Positions 37,264 to 50,036 of a DNA stretch of 64,000 nucleotides are shown here, in pieces. Position 1 is the stretch's first letter. Every line of letters starts with the position of its first letter. Origin of the DNA: Anaeramoeba ignava BMAN (taxonomy: Eukaryota; Protista; Anaeramoebae); contig JAPDFW010000058.1 in the NCBI GenBank assembly GCA_028826165.1, forward strand, positions 248,001 through 312,000. The letters are read 5' to 3'. Made by a program: the position numbers and the translations under genes. Below the pieces are notes generated by a model. It saw nothing but the letters and a program-made list of their open reading frames with translations, searched no databases and was not told the DNA's origin.

Positions 37264-38508
37264 ATGAATCTTGAAACATTATGGAAAGAAGGAAAACAAG
37301 GAATATTTCAATTAGAATCATTATTAGAACATTTAGAAAGATCAAGTGAAATATCACCAGATAGTAGAAAAGAAGTAGAAGAAAAACTGCGAATTTTAAC
37401 CCAAATAATAACATCATCACAAACTCTTTTGGAAAGGACAATTGAGAATAAGGAATTATGGAGAATAAGAATTAGCGAAATGAATTCAAAATTTTTTTCA
37501 CTTCAAAATTCTATTAATTCTTTATTTGCAAAATATCAAGAACAACAACAAGAAAAAAAAGAAAGAGATGAATTATTTGAAAGTATTAGATTGCGTCGAA
37601 ATCAAGAAATTGAAATCAATGTTGGTACTCTTTTATCAAATGAAGATAAATCTTTAACAAGATCTGAGCAAAAAGTTGAAAATATTTTTCAAGTTGGTTC
37701 TGGAATTCTTGAAAAACTTGCTGAACAAAAAGATCGATTAAAAGTAGTTATCAAAATTGAATATTGAATTTAAATATTGAATTTAATTTGAATTTGAATT
37801 TAAATATTGAATTTAAATTTGATTGATTAATTTAATTTAAATTTGATTGATTAATTTGAATTTAAACTTCTCGAATTTGAATTTAATTTTGAAATTGAAG
37901 AATTCGATTTTTAAATTTGAATTTGAATTTGAATTTTGAATTTGAATTTGAATTTGAATTTTAATTGATTTGAATTTGAATTTGAATTTAATTTGAATTT
38001 GAATTTAAATATTAAATTGAATTTTAATTTTAATTGAATTTGAATTTTAATTTTAAATTTAATTGAATTAATTTGAAATTAAATATTGAATTTAAATATT
38101 GAATTGATTTTGAATTTGAATTTGAAACTTGAATTTGAAATTTGAATTTAAATTTTGAATTTGATTTAATTTATTTTTTAATTTTGAATTTGAATTTTAA
38201 TTTTAATTTTAATTTGAATTTTTAATTTGAATTTTAATTTTAATTTTTAATTTGAATTTGATTTTTTTAAATTTTTGAAATTTAATTTTAATTTAAATTT
38301 AAATTTAATTGATTAATTTATTTGAATTTTTTTGTTTTAGAATTCTTATAAAAAAGTTTCTTTGATTTCTGGTTCATTAGGAATTGCTCGTAATACTTTA
38401 GATTGGATTCGTGATAGAAATATTTCAGATCGTAGAATTGTAATTGGTGGAATGATTATTACTCTTTTAATTTTTTGGTTATTATGGAAATATTGGATAA
38501 GAAGATGA
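37264..38508 (+). CDS. GOSR2: Membrin/Bos1/GOSR2 Qb-SNARE; exons 37264-37743 and 38341-38508; 215 aa
   Basis: Habc region with LWRIRI and ERDELF; SNARE motif EDKSLTRSEQKVENIFQVGSGILEKLAEQKDRLK|NSYKKVSLISGSLGIARNTLDWIRDRNISDRRI; C-terminal transmembrane segment. Phase-0 GT-AG intron. Confidence 0.88.
37760..38320. repeat. Degenerate (TTTGAA/TTTTAA)n array filling the membrin intron
   Basis: Directly visible. Confidence 0.85.
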
Positions 38509-38744
38509 TAAAAATTTTTTAAATAAAAAAGATAAATATTTTTTTTTGATTTTTTCATTATGAATTTTGTTGAATTCTTTTGCATTTTTGGATTAATTTC
38601 TTGTTCGAAAAAAACAAACAAAAAAAAATGATTCAATTCAAAAAAAAAAGCAAAAAAAAAAAAGGAGAATTCAGTCCAAAAAAAAAGTGAATCAAAAAAA
38701 GGATCAAAAAATTCAAATTTGTTTTTGGTTTTTTGATAAGCAAA

Positions 38745-41700
38745 TTATTTCTTTTGTTCGAGTTGGATTGTTTTTGTTGTTTGATCTTTTGATTCACCAG
38801 AAAACTGTAACGGACCAAGAGAAGAATAAAGATCATTCATTCTCCATTCTTTAAGATTCTCTTGCAATTCAAGAAAAGGTCTTCCATTCAAATCAACTAA
38901 AGCTTTTTTGATAACTGGTTTCCATTCTTCATTGCGAAGTTCTAGATTCAGCATTTGGGTTATTGGAATTGCTCCTGCTGTCCAATCTTTGATTGGGTTA
39001 GTAAGTCCATTTACAACAGACATTACTCCTGTTTGTTTGTGAATAATTAAATGTGCTGCTGTTGTTCCTAGTGCGTAACAATAAGTTGCATCGAAATTAC
39101 TTGGTAATCCACATCTTCCTTCATATCCAAAAAAGTGTGTTACACATTGGAATTTTTCTATTTTTCAATTTAAATTTAAATTTATTTTAATTTTAATTTT
39201 AATTTCAATTATTTTAATTTTTATTTTAATTTTGATTTTGAATTTATTTTAATTTGAATTTATATTGAATTTATATTTGAATTTGAATTAATTTTAAATT
39301 AATTTTAAATTTAATTTTAATTTTTATTTCAATTATTTTAATTTTAATTTATTTATATTTGAATTCATTTATATTTATTTAAAAATGTACTTCTTAAATC
39401 CATCTCTTTTCTTTCAAGCATTTTTTGACGAGCACACCATTTCAAAAGTTTTCCTGTTTCAATTTTAGAAAGATTAATATTTCCATGAGGATCTCTTGAA
39501 TCAAAAAAAGTTTCAGTAATTCTTGGAGGAAGTCTTTTAAACAACTCAAGTCGTTCAATGTTTTTTTGATATTCACTTTCCAAATTAGGATTTTCTTTTT
39601 TTTGGGATTCAAGAGTTGTAATTCTGTCTTGGAGATAATTTTTAAAATCTTCAATAACCCAAGAACGTTTTTTATCGAGACCAAACATGTGATTGATTTG
39701 CTCAATAATGTCCTTCATATCAGGAATAAATTCAATTAATCCTTCAGGTATAATAATAACTCCATAATATTTTTTCTCCATAAATCTGCTTTCTATTAAT
39801 TGAATTAAATCATCCACTAAATCAAATAATTTTATTTGTTTAGCTTCAATATCTTCACCAATATAAACTGCATTAGGATGTGTTTGGAGTGCACATTCAA
39901 GTGCAATGTGTGATGCTGATCTTCCCATAACTCTGCAAATATGGAAATATTTTTTGGCTGATTTCGAATCACTCATAATGTTTCCAATTTGCTCACTATA
40001 AAGTTTACAGCATGTATCAAATCCTATTTCATTTGAATATATTTTTATTTAAATATATTTTTTATTTGAATATTTTAATATATTTTTATTTTATTTGAAT
40101 ATATATATTTATTTAAATATATTTTATATTTGAATATATTTATTTGAATATAATATTTGAATATATTTATTTGAATATAATATTTGAATATATTTATTTG
40201 AATATATTTATTTGAATATATTTATTTGAATATAATATTTGAATATATTTATTTGAATATATTTATTTGAATATATTTATTTGAATATATTATTTGAATA
40301 TATTTATTTGAATATATTTTTATTTGAATATATTATTTGAATATAATATTTGAATATATTTTATATTTGAATATATTTTATATTTGAATATATTTTATTT
40401 GAATATATTTATTATTTGAATATATTTTATTTTAATATTAAAATTACCAAATGATGTTTCAATATACTCATTTTTCAAATCTCCATCTATAGTTTTTGGA
40501 ACTCCAATAACACAAGTATTATTGCCTTTTGATTTAAAATATTCTGCTAAAACAGCAGCATTTGTATTACTATCATCCCCACCAACAACAACTAATCCAT
40601 CTAATTTATGATCATTTACTGTTTTAAGAGCTGCTTCAAATTCTTTATCTTTTTCAATTTTATCTCTTCCAGTTCCTTTTTTAATTATTTTAATTTTAAT
40701 TTTAATTTTAATTTTTATTTTAATTTTAATTTTTATTTTAATTTTAATTTTGATTTTAATTTTAATTTTTATTTTAATTTTAATTTTAATTTTGAAAATT
40801 ACCAATCATATCAAATCCTCCTTGATTAAAATAAAGAAAAATTTTTTTTTCAGTAATTTTTTTGAAATCGTTTTTAATAATTCCAATAGGTCCATCCTTA
40901 AATCCAATTAAGGTACTTTCTGGATGAAATTCTTTAATTAAATTAAAAATTCCTGCAATGACATTATGACCACCTGGTGCAGGACCTCCACTTAAAACAA
41001 CACCAACCTTTTTCCAAAAATTAATTATTAAAATTATTGTTAAATTTATTTATAAAATTATTATTAAATTTATTATTAAAATTATTATTAAATTTATTAT
41101 TAAAATTATTATTAAAATTTATTATTAAATTTATTATTAAAATTTTATTTATTTTATTTATAATTTTATAAAATTTTAAAATTATTTATAAAATTATTTT
41201 AATTATTATTAAAATTTATTATAAAATTATTATTAAAATTATTATTAAAATTATTATTAAAATTTTTCAGTAATTTTTGAAAATTATTATTAAAATTATT
41301 TTAAAAATTATTATTAAAATTTAAAAATTTTATAAAATTATTGAAATTATTAATAAAATTATTTAAAAATTATTTATAAAATTATTTATAAAATTATTTA
41401 TAAAATTATTTATAAAACATTTATAAAAACCTTTTATAAAAATTAAAAATTATTAAAATTATTATTAAAATTATTTATAAAATTATTATTAAAATTTATT
41501 ATTAAAATTATTATTAAAATTATTATATTTATTATTAAAATTATTTATTAAAATTATTTAATAAAATTATATATAAAATTATTTATAAAATTAAATATAA
41601 AATTATTTATAAAATTATTATTAAAATTATTTATAAAATTATTATTAAAATATTTATTAAAATTATTTATAAAATTATTTATAAAATTATTTATAAAAAT

Positions 41701-43706
41701 TATTTATTAAAATTATTTTATAAAATTATTTATTAAAATTATTTATAAAATTATTATTAAAATTATTATTAAAATTATTATTAAAATTATTATTAAAATT
41801 ATTATTAAAATTTATTATTAAATTTATTATTAAAATTTATTATTAAATTTATTATTAAATTTATTATTAAATTTATTATTAAATTTATTATTAAATTTAT
41901 TATTAAATTATTAAATTTATTATTAAATTTATTATTAAATTTATTATTAAATTTATTATTAAATTTATTATTAAATTTATTATTAAATTTATTATTAAAT
42001 TTATTATTAAATTTATTATTAAATTTATTATTAAATTTATTATTAAATTTATTATTAAATTTATTATTAAATTTATTATTAAAATTATTATTAAAATTAT
42101 TATTAAAATTATTATTAAATTTATTATTAAAATTATTATTAAAATTATTATTAAATTTATTATTAAATTTATTGTTAAAATTATTATTAAAATTATTATT
42201 AAAAATTATTTATAAAATTTATTATTAAAATTTATTATTAAATTATTATTAAATTTATTATTAAATTTATTATTAAATTTATTATTAAATTTATTATTAA
42301 ATTTATTATTAAATTTATTATTAAATTTATTATTAAAATTAAATTATAAAATTATTATTAAAATTATTTATTAAAAATTAATTATAAAATTATTATTAAA
42401 ATTATTATTAAAATTATTATTAAAATTATTTATAAAATTATTTATAAATTTATTATTAAAATTATTATAAAATTATTTAAAATTATTATTAAAATTATTA
42501 TTAAAATTTATTATTAAAATTATTGTTAAATTTATTATTAAAATTATTATTTAATTTATTATTAAATTTATTATTAAAATTATTATTAAAATTTATTATT
42601 AAAATTATTTATAAATTATTTATTAAAATTATTATAAATTTATTATTAAAATTATTATAAATTTATTATTAAAATTATTTATAAAATTATTATTAAATTT
42701 ATTATTAAATTTATTATAAAATTTATTTATAAAATTATTATTAAATTTATTATTAAATTTATTATTAAATTTGTTATTAAATTTATTATTAAAATTATTA
42801 TTAAAATTATTATTAAAATTATTATTAAAATTATTATTAAAAATATTTATTAAAATTATTATTAAAATTATTATTAAAATTATTGTTAAATTTATTATTA
42901 AATTTATTATTAAAATTATTATTAAAATTATTATTAAATTTATTATTAAAATTATTATTAAAATTATTATTAAAATTTATTATTAAATTTATTATTAAAA
43001 TTATTATTAAAATTATTATTAAATTTATTATTAAAATTATTATTAAATTTATTATTAAAATTATTATTAAAATTATTATTAAAATTATTAATAAAATTAA
43101 ATATAAAAATTATTATTAAATTTATTATTAAATTTATTATTAAAATTTATTATTAAATTTATTATTAAAATTATTATTAAAATTATTATTAAAATTTATT
43201 ATTAAAATTATTATTAAAATTATTATTAAAATTATTATTAAAATTATTATTAAAATTATTATTAAAATTTATTATTAAAATTTATTATTAAATTTATTAT
43301 ATTTATTATTTAAAATTATTTGTAAATCAAAAATAAATACTTTTAAAGGTCTTGGTTCAACTTGATGCTCTCCTTCAATTAATTTTATAATTTTTTGACC
43401 ATATAAATTTGGAAATCGTTTTTGGATTTCGGCTTTAGAAAAAGAAAAAAAGAAAAAAAAGAAAAAAAAAAGTGATTAATGATTTTAAATTTTTTGAGGT
43501 GTTTTTTTCCTTTTATTTTTTATTATTTATTTTTTATTTTTTCTTAATTATTTATTACCTGTATCTCCAGCTGAGGTTGTCTTGTTCCCAAATTCAAGAG
43601 TAATATTTTTCGATTTTAAAATATTAGGTAAATCAATGTTTTGAGAAAGTCTTTCTTTTTGGAGATCACTATAATAAAAAGGAATTTTAAATTTTTGTTG
43701 AAGCAT
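38745..43706 (-). CDS. PFP: Pyrophosphate-dependent phosphofructokinase (long type); exons 43706-43559, 43432-43341, 41007-40803, 40675-40448, 40023-39391, 39157-38745; 572 aa
   Basis: GVVLSGGPAPGGHNVI, NQGGFDMIGTGRDKI, GGDDSNTNAA, PKTIDGDLK, MGRSASHIALE and FGYEGRCG. GGDD plus PKTIDGD indicate PPi use. Five GT-AG introns give an exact 1719-nt frame. Confidence 0.96.
40030..40430. repeat. ~14-bp (ATTTGAATATATTT)n array in PFK intron 4
   Basis: Directly visible. Confidence 0.9.
41020..43320. repeat. 12-bp (AAA(A/T)TTATTATT)n array filling the 2.3-kb PFK intron 2
   Basis: Directly visible and almost pure A/T. Confidence 0.95.
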
Positions 43707-43992
43707 TTTTTAAAACCTAAAAATAGAAAAAAAATAGAAAAAAAATAGAAAAAAAAAAAAAATTTTAATTATTATTTTTTGCTTTTTTTTGTTTTGTTTT
43801 ATTTTGTATTTTGTATTTTCCAAAATTTAAAAAAGATAAAAAGGAATAAAAATTACAACTAATTCAACAAAACAAAAAAACAAAACACACAATTAGAGAA
43901 AGAAGGAAAAAAATGAAAAAAAAAATTAAAAAAAAAAAACAAAAAGAAAAAATTTTTTTGTTAATTTTTCCGAAATTTTTTTTTTCGTCTTT

Positions 43993-46926
43993 CTAATCTT
44001 TTTTATTAAAACTATTATAAAACGGGACATTGATTTTAAAAGTAAAAATTTTGCTGACTAACAAAAGAATAAAAATGGAAAGGAAAAACAAGTCAAAAAT
44101 AATAAAGTGAGAAATACTCATTCCAATTTCAAGCCAGCTGCCACTGTCACGAACAAAAAAGAAGAATTGAATTGCCGGAAAATCAGCAAGAGCAAAAACA
44201 AAAAGAACAACTTGCATAAGTGATATTTGTAGAAACTTTGCGACAATCTCGAAAGTAAGCAAAACTGGGATAAATGGCACGAAGAGTTTCCATGCAAGAA
44301 GTGCTCCCATTGTGAATGGTCTGAAACGGGTTTCGAAACGGAAAGTTGCTGAGAGATCAAAACTGCTTACACTTGCAACGTTTCCGGCACCAAAAATGGA
44401 AATGTTGAACCAAAAGATGAAAAACAAGGAAATGATAGACAGTAGTTGCACATTGAGTGGTAACAGATTTTTTTCATTTTCTCTTTCTTGTTTGTGGAAA
44501 TTTTTTTGGTTTTCTTTTTCTTGTTTGTGGAAATTTTTTTGATTTTTTTGATTTTGATCTTCTTTTTGATTTGTTTGTAATTGACATATCAATTTCATTG
44601 AAAGAAACATTGAAAAACAGAGAAAAACATAAAAAATTGGTTCATAGGAAACGCTAAGAAGCACAAAACCAGGAAGAAGTCCAATAAAAATGGATGTAAG
44701 TCGATGATAATAATCTGGACTGGCAAAAAAAATTAACGGAATTGAGGATGCTAAAATTGACCAATTCAAAATCATGTTAGTTTGAGAAAGTCCGCCTCCT
44801 TTTGAAAAGATAAGAGATGTCCAAATTGCAGAAACAAAAGAAAGAGCAACCAAAACGAGCTGGAGAACTGCTGTTAGGAAGTGTATTTTGGAGCCTTTCC
44901 AAAGAGAGATTTCAGAAGGAGAGCGAAGAATACTGATAAAGGAAGTGAAATTTAGTAAAAGAGAAAAAACAAGAAAAGAAACAACTATAACACCAGCTAT
45001 TGATATGATATCGATAACAACGCCCTTAATAATTGGCAATGCTGTAAAGACGGACATTATCAAGCAGCTTAAGATCCACAACGCTTTGAATCGCGCTGTC
45101 ATCTTGTTTTTTGTATTTGAGGTGGAAAAAATGAAGGGAATCAAAATCAGGAATAGAAAAGCAAGTGAAAAAACAATGCGCTTAAAATAACCGAAAACAA
45201 TCAGTTGAAGAAGCCCGAGAACAAAGAGAAGAAGTATTGAGTTTCGGAAGAAATTACGGAAGAAGTGGGAGAGTAAGTGTTTCCAGAAGGAGAGGTTGTG
45301 AAGAATTTCTCGCCAGAAAAGAAGTGGGAAAATTGAGTAAAGATAATATTGAATTGGCGAATGTTGGACAAAAAGAAGAGCAAAAACAGAAAGTGAAACA
45401 ATGAAGACAAAAGTCTCGACAAGAATTGAACTGAGGGTGAAAAAGGAGTGATTTTGCGAGTTTGTGGTTGGTTTTGTTTTTGTAAGTGCAAGGGTGATTG
45501 CTGACAGAATAGAACCCACATAACCGAGTGTAACGATGGAGCGAAGAAAGAACCAATCGTATGTTTGGAAATAATGGAGACCTTCAAGAGCAAGTTGGAT
45601 CAAATTGAGAACTTTTTGGTTTGCTAGATCAAATTTGCCTTCACCAGCCAAAGAAATAACAGTATTGATTTCGCTGTCAACAAAAGAAGGATCGAGGGGT
45701 TTAAAAGGACGGAAAAGAAAAGAAAGAGAATTTTTTTGTTTGATGGAAGACTTCATTTTGAGTTGGGAATACATCTGGTCGAAATTGGCGATGAGTGCAG
45801 ATGTTCTAAACTGAGGAGAAGTATCAAGAAGATCAATAGGAAGGGTTCCTACGCTGTGCATTGGGAAAGGGAGGTCCAGAACAGCAGAGATAAGAGGAGC
45901 GATGTCAGCTTGATTAATATCTTTCATTAAAAAATTTTCGAGTTTCCAGTCGAAAACGCGAGTATCGAAAATTTGTGGATTAGGGGAAGAAAGAGAGGGT
46001 GATTGGGCCAGCGGTACAGGACCAGAGAAACCAGCACCCCAAACAACGTAAGGCGTCTGAGTGCACATTGGGTCTCCATCGCCATGTGCGCCGCGGTCAC
46101 TCATTCCATGATCAGCAGTGACTATAAAGGCAGTTCTATTGTCATGTCCATAGAAGTCTTCTATCGCCTCCACGAACTTCTGGATCCTTGCGTCCACGCG
46201 CCGAATATGATCTGTATATTCCTGCGACAAGGGAAGATGCGCATGACCCTCCAGATCCACACCCAGAAGATGCAGGAAAATGATCACCTTATCAGACTCC
46301 ATTTGGGTCAAAAGAGAATTATTCCACGTGGCATTTTTTAAAAGTTCATCTGCATGGTCGAAAACCCAGATGTCGAGTGTATCAAGTGGCCCAGTGAAAT
46401 GCTCGTCATCTCCCGTAAACGCAAAGGTCGTTAAATTCCGTTTTTGATTTTTCTTAAAGAAAATTTCTATTGCATCAGGTCCTCCAAAAGCAAAAGATGA
46501 AAATGATTGATTAAAAACTGAATCAAATTCAAAGGGATTTTCCTGCCAGCCTCTTGTTACAGCAGAAAGATCCTCCCAGAACCCGGCGCACATTGCTACG
46601 TGCCCTGGACGTGTTTCTGTAGGCACTCTTGTGTGACTTATGCCGTATCTTCCTTGTTTTTTAATTTTTTCAGTTAAAAATTTTGGTTCGGCTAAAAAGA
46701 ATCGATCTGCTCTACATCCGTCGATTGAGAAGAGTATTAATCTTTTGGCCGGCGCTTCAGGTTTCATTTCTGTTTGTTTTGTTCCTTCGATTTCTCTGAC
46801 TCGCTCGCTTGCTTTGTGTTGGTCCATTCCGTATACTATTGGTGAACGAAAATATATGTCGAATACTGATAGTAATGCAACTAAATGGAAAATTACTATC
46901 AAAACCACAAGATGTATTGATTTCAT
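43993..46926 (-). CDS. PIGN: GPI ethanolamine-phosphate transferase 1 (PIG-N/Mcd4), intronless, 977 aa
   Basis: SVFDIYFRSPIVYGM, APAKRLILFSIDGCRAD, SHTRVPTETRPGHVAMCAGFWED, FLHLLGVDLEGH, TADHGMSDRGAHGDG, INQADIAPL, GLHYFQTYD, then a multi-TM C-terminus. Start placed at MKSIH. Confidence 0.97.
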   Translation of the reverse strand: MKSIHLVVLIVIFHLVALLSVFDIYFRSPIVYGMDQHKASERVREIEGTKQTEMKPEAPAKRLILFSIDGCRADRFFLAEPKFLTEKIKKQGRYGISHTRVPTETRPGHVAMCAGFWEDLSAVTRGWQENPFEFDSVFNQSFSSFAFGGPDAIEIFFKKNQKRNLTTFAFTGDDEHFTGPLDTLDIWVFDHADELLKNATWNNSLLTQMESDKVIIFLHLLGVDLEGHAHLPLSQEYTDHIRRVDARIQKFVEAIEDFYGHDNRTAFIVTADHGMSDRGAHGDGDPMCTQTPYVVWGAGFSGPVPLAQSPSLSSPNPQIFDTRVFDWKLENFLMKDINQADIAPLISAVLDLPFPMHSVGTLPIDLLDTSPQFRTSALIANFDQMYSQLKMKSSIKQKNSLSFLFRPFKPLDPSFVDSEINTVISLAGEGKFDLANQKVLNLIQLALEGLHYFQTYDWFFLRSIVTLGYVGSILSAITLALTKTKPTTNSQNHSFFTLSSILVETFVFIVSLSVFALLFVQHSPIQYYLYSIFPLLFWREILHNLSFWKHLLSHFFRNFFRNSILLLFVLGLLQLIVFGYFKRIVFSLAFLFLILIPFIFSTSNTKNKMTARFKALWILSCLIMSVFTALPIIKGVVIDIISIAGVIVVSFLVFSLLLNFTSFISILRSPSEISLWKGSKIHFLTAVLQLVLVALSFVSAIWTSLIFSKGGGLSQTNMILNWSILASSIPLIFFASPDYYHRLTSIFIGLLPGFVLLSVSYEPIFYVFLCFSMFLSMKLICQLQTNQKEDQNQKNQKNFHKQEKENQKNFHKQERENEKNLLPLNVQLLSIISLFFIFWFNISIFGAGNVASVSSFDLSATFRFETRFRPFTMGALLAWKLFVPFIPVLLTFEIVAKFLQISLMQVVLFVFALADFPAIQFFFFVRDSGSWLEIGMSISHFIIFDLFFLSIFILLLVSKIFTFKINVPFYNSFNKKD

Positions 46927-47019
46927 TTGATTCAAAGAGAAAAGGAAAAAAAATGATTTTAATTTTTCATTTTCAAAAAAAATTTTTTCCAATCATCAAT
47001 TTCAATAATATTTAAATCT

Positions 47020-49375
47020 TTGAATCAAATCAATTAATATTTAATAATTAAATCAAATCTTTAAATCAATTTTAAATCAATTTTAAATCAAATCAAATCA
47101 AATCAAATCAAATCAAATCAATTAATATTTAATATTTAAATCATTAATATTTAATATTTAATATTTAAATCATTAATATTTAATATTTAAATCAAATAAT
47201 ATTTAATATTTAAATCAATTAATATTTAATATTTAAATCAATATTATTTAATATTTAAATCAAATCAAATCAAATCAAATCAAATCAAATCAAATCAAAT
47301 CAATTCAAATCAAATCAATTAATATTTAATATTTAAATCAATAATATTTAATATTTAAATCAATTCAAATCAAATCAAATTAAATCAAATCAAATCAAAT
47401 CAAATCAAATCAAATCAAATCAAATCAAATCAAAATCAATTCAAATCAAATCAATTAATATTTAATATTTAAATCAATAATATTTAATATTTAAATCAAA
47501 TCAAATCAAATCAAATCAAATCAAATCAAATCAAATCAAATCAAATCAAATCAAATCAAATCAAATCAAATCAAATCAATTCAAATCAAATCAAATCAAA
47601 TCAAATCAATTCAAATCAAATCAATTAATATTTAATATTTAAATCAATTAATATTTAATATTTAAATCAATTAATATTTAATATTTAAATCAATAATATT
47701 TAATATTTAAATCAATAATAATATTTAATATTTAAATCAATTAATATTTAATATTTAAATCAAAAATATTTAATATTTAAATCAAATAATATTTAATATT
47801 TAAATCAATAATATTATTTAACATTTAAATCAATATTATTTAATATTTAAATCAATATTTAATATTTAAATCAAATCAAATCAAATCAAATCAATTAATA
47901 TTTAATATTTAAATCAATATTATTTAATATTTAAATCAATTATATTTTAATATTTAAATCAATATTTAAATCATTTAATATTTTAAATCAATATTTAAAT
48001 CATTTAATATTTAAATCAATATTTAAATCAATATTTAAATCATTTAATATTTAAATCAATAATATTTAATATTTAAATCAATATTATTTAATATTTAAAT
48101 CAATAATTATTTAATATTTAAATCAATATTTAAATCATTTAATATTTAAATCAATTATATTTAATATTTAAATCAATAATATTTAATATTTAAATCAAAT
48201 CAAATCAAATCAAATCAAATCAAATCAAATTAAATCAAATTAAATCAATTCAAATCAAATTAAATCAATTAATATTTAATATTTTAAATCAATAATATTT
48301 AATATTTAAATCAATAATAATTTAATATTTAAATCAATTAATATTTAATATTTAAATCAAAAATATTTAATATTTAAATCAAATAATATTTAATATTTAA
48401 ATCAATAATATTATTTAACATTTAAATCAATATTATTTAATATTTAAATCAATTAATATTTAATATTTAAATCAAATCAAATCAAATCAATTATTTAATA
48501 TTTAAATCAATATTATTTAATATTTAAATCAATTATATTTAATATTTAAATCAATATTTAAATCATTTAATATTTAAATCAATATTTAAATCATTTAATA
48601 TTTAAATCAATATTTAAATCAATATTTAAATCATTTAATATTTAAATCAATAATATTTAATATTTAAATCAATATTATTTAATATTTAAATCAATAATTA
48701 TTTAATATTTTAAATCAATATTTAAATCATTTTAATATTTAAATCAATTATATTTAATATTTAAATCAATAATATTTAATATTTAAATCAAATCAAATCA
48801 AATCAAATCAAATCAAATCAAATTAAATCAAATCAAATTAAATCAATTCAAATCAAATTAAATCAATTAATATTTAATATTTAAATCAATAATATTTAAT
48901 ATTTAAATCAATAATAATATTTAATATTTTAAATCAATTAATATTTAATATTTAAATCAAAAATATTTAATATTTAAATCAAATAATATTTAATATTTAA
49001 ATCAATAATATTATTTAACATTTAAATCAATATTATTTAATATTTAAATCAATTAATATTTAATATTTAAATCAAATCAAATCAAATCAAATCAATTAAT
49101 ATTTAATATTTAAATCAATATTTAATATTTAAATCAAATCAAATCAAATCAAATTAAATCAAATTAAATCAAATCAAATCAAATTAAATCAAATCAATTA
49201 ATATTTAATATTTAAATCAATATTATTTAATATTTAAATCAATAATTATTTAATATTTAAATCAATAATTATTTAATATTTAAATCAATAATATTTAATA
49301 TTTAAATCAATAATATTTAATATTTAAATCAATAATATTTAATATTTAAATCAATAATATTTAAATCAATAATAT
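47020..49375. repeat. Composite satellite of (AAATC)n and AATATTTAATATTTAAATC units with a ~600-bp higher-order period
   Basis: The rare variant tttaacatttaaatc recurs at ~47821, 48418 and 49018. Confidence 0.9.
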
Positions 49376-50036
49376 TTGCTTTAGTTTTTGTTTTTAGTTT
49401 TGATTTATTTAAAAAATAAACTCTTTTTTTAAAACACTTTTTATTATTTTTTTTTTGAAAGATTGAAATTAATTTCTTTTTTAAAAGAATTATGAACTCA
49501 AAGATCCAAAATTTATAAATAAATTTTTAACTTAATAATAAACAAAAAAAAAAATAACTTAAAATAAATTTAATTAAACATTTTTTTTTTAATTTTGTTT
49601 GTTAAATTTTTTTTTTAATTATTTTTTAAATTAATCTTTTTTTATTCTCTTTTATTTATTTTTCAATTAATTTAATTATTAAAAAAAATCAAAAAAATTT
49701 CAACAAAAAAAAAATATAAAAGAAAAGATAAATTAAAAAATTTTTTTTAAATTATTTTTTATTATTCTTTTTAATTGTCAATTTACAACAAAGAAAACAA
49801 AGAAAATAAAGAAAATAAAGAAAATAAAAAACAAAAAATTATTTAAAAAAAAAAATTTTTTTTTATTCTGGAATTTCTTTATTGATCAATTTTTTTTTTA
49901 TTATTCTCTTCATTTTTTTTTCCCTTCTTTTTATTGCTTTTTTTTTTTTTATTCAATTTTCAATTCTTTGCTTTTCAACAAAACAAAAACAAAAACAAAA
50001 ACAAACTTTTTTTTCTTTTGCAAATTTATATTTTAA

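Noticed and set aside
43660-43706. MLQQKF N-terminus of PPi-PFK as an organelle targeting peptide
   Set aside because: It is very short, has no clear cleavage motif, and homology starts almost immediately; not supportable.
46927-46992. ORF-track N-terminal extension of PIG-N (MEKIFF...)
   Set aside because: It begins at a non-ATG codon in UTR-like sequence; homology begins at MKSIHLVV.
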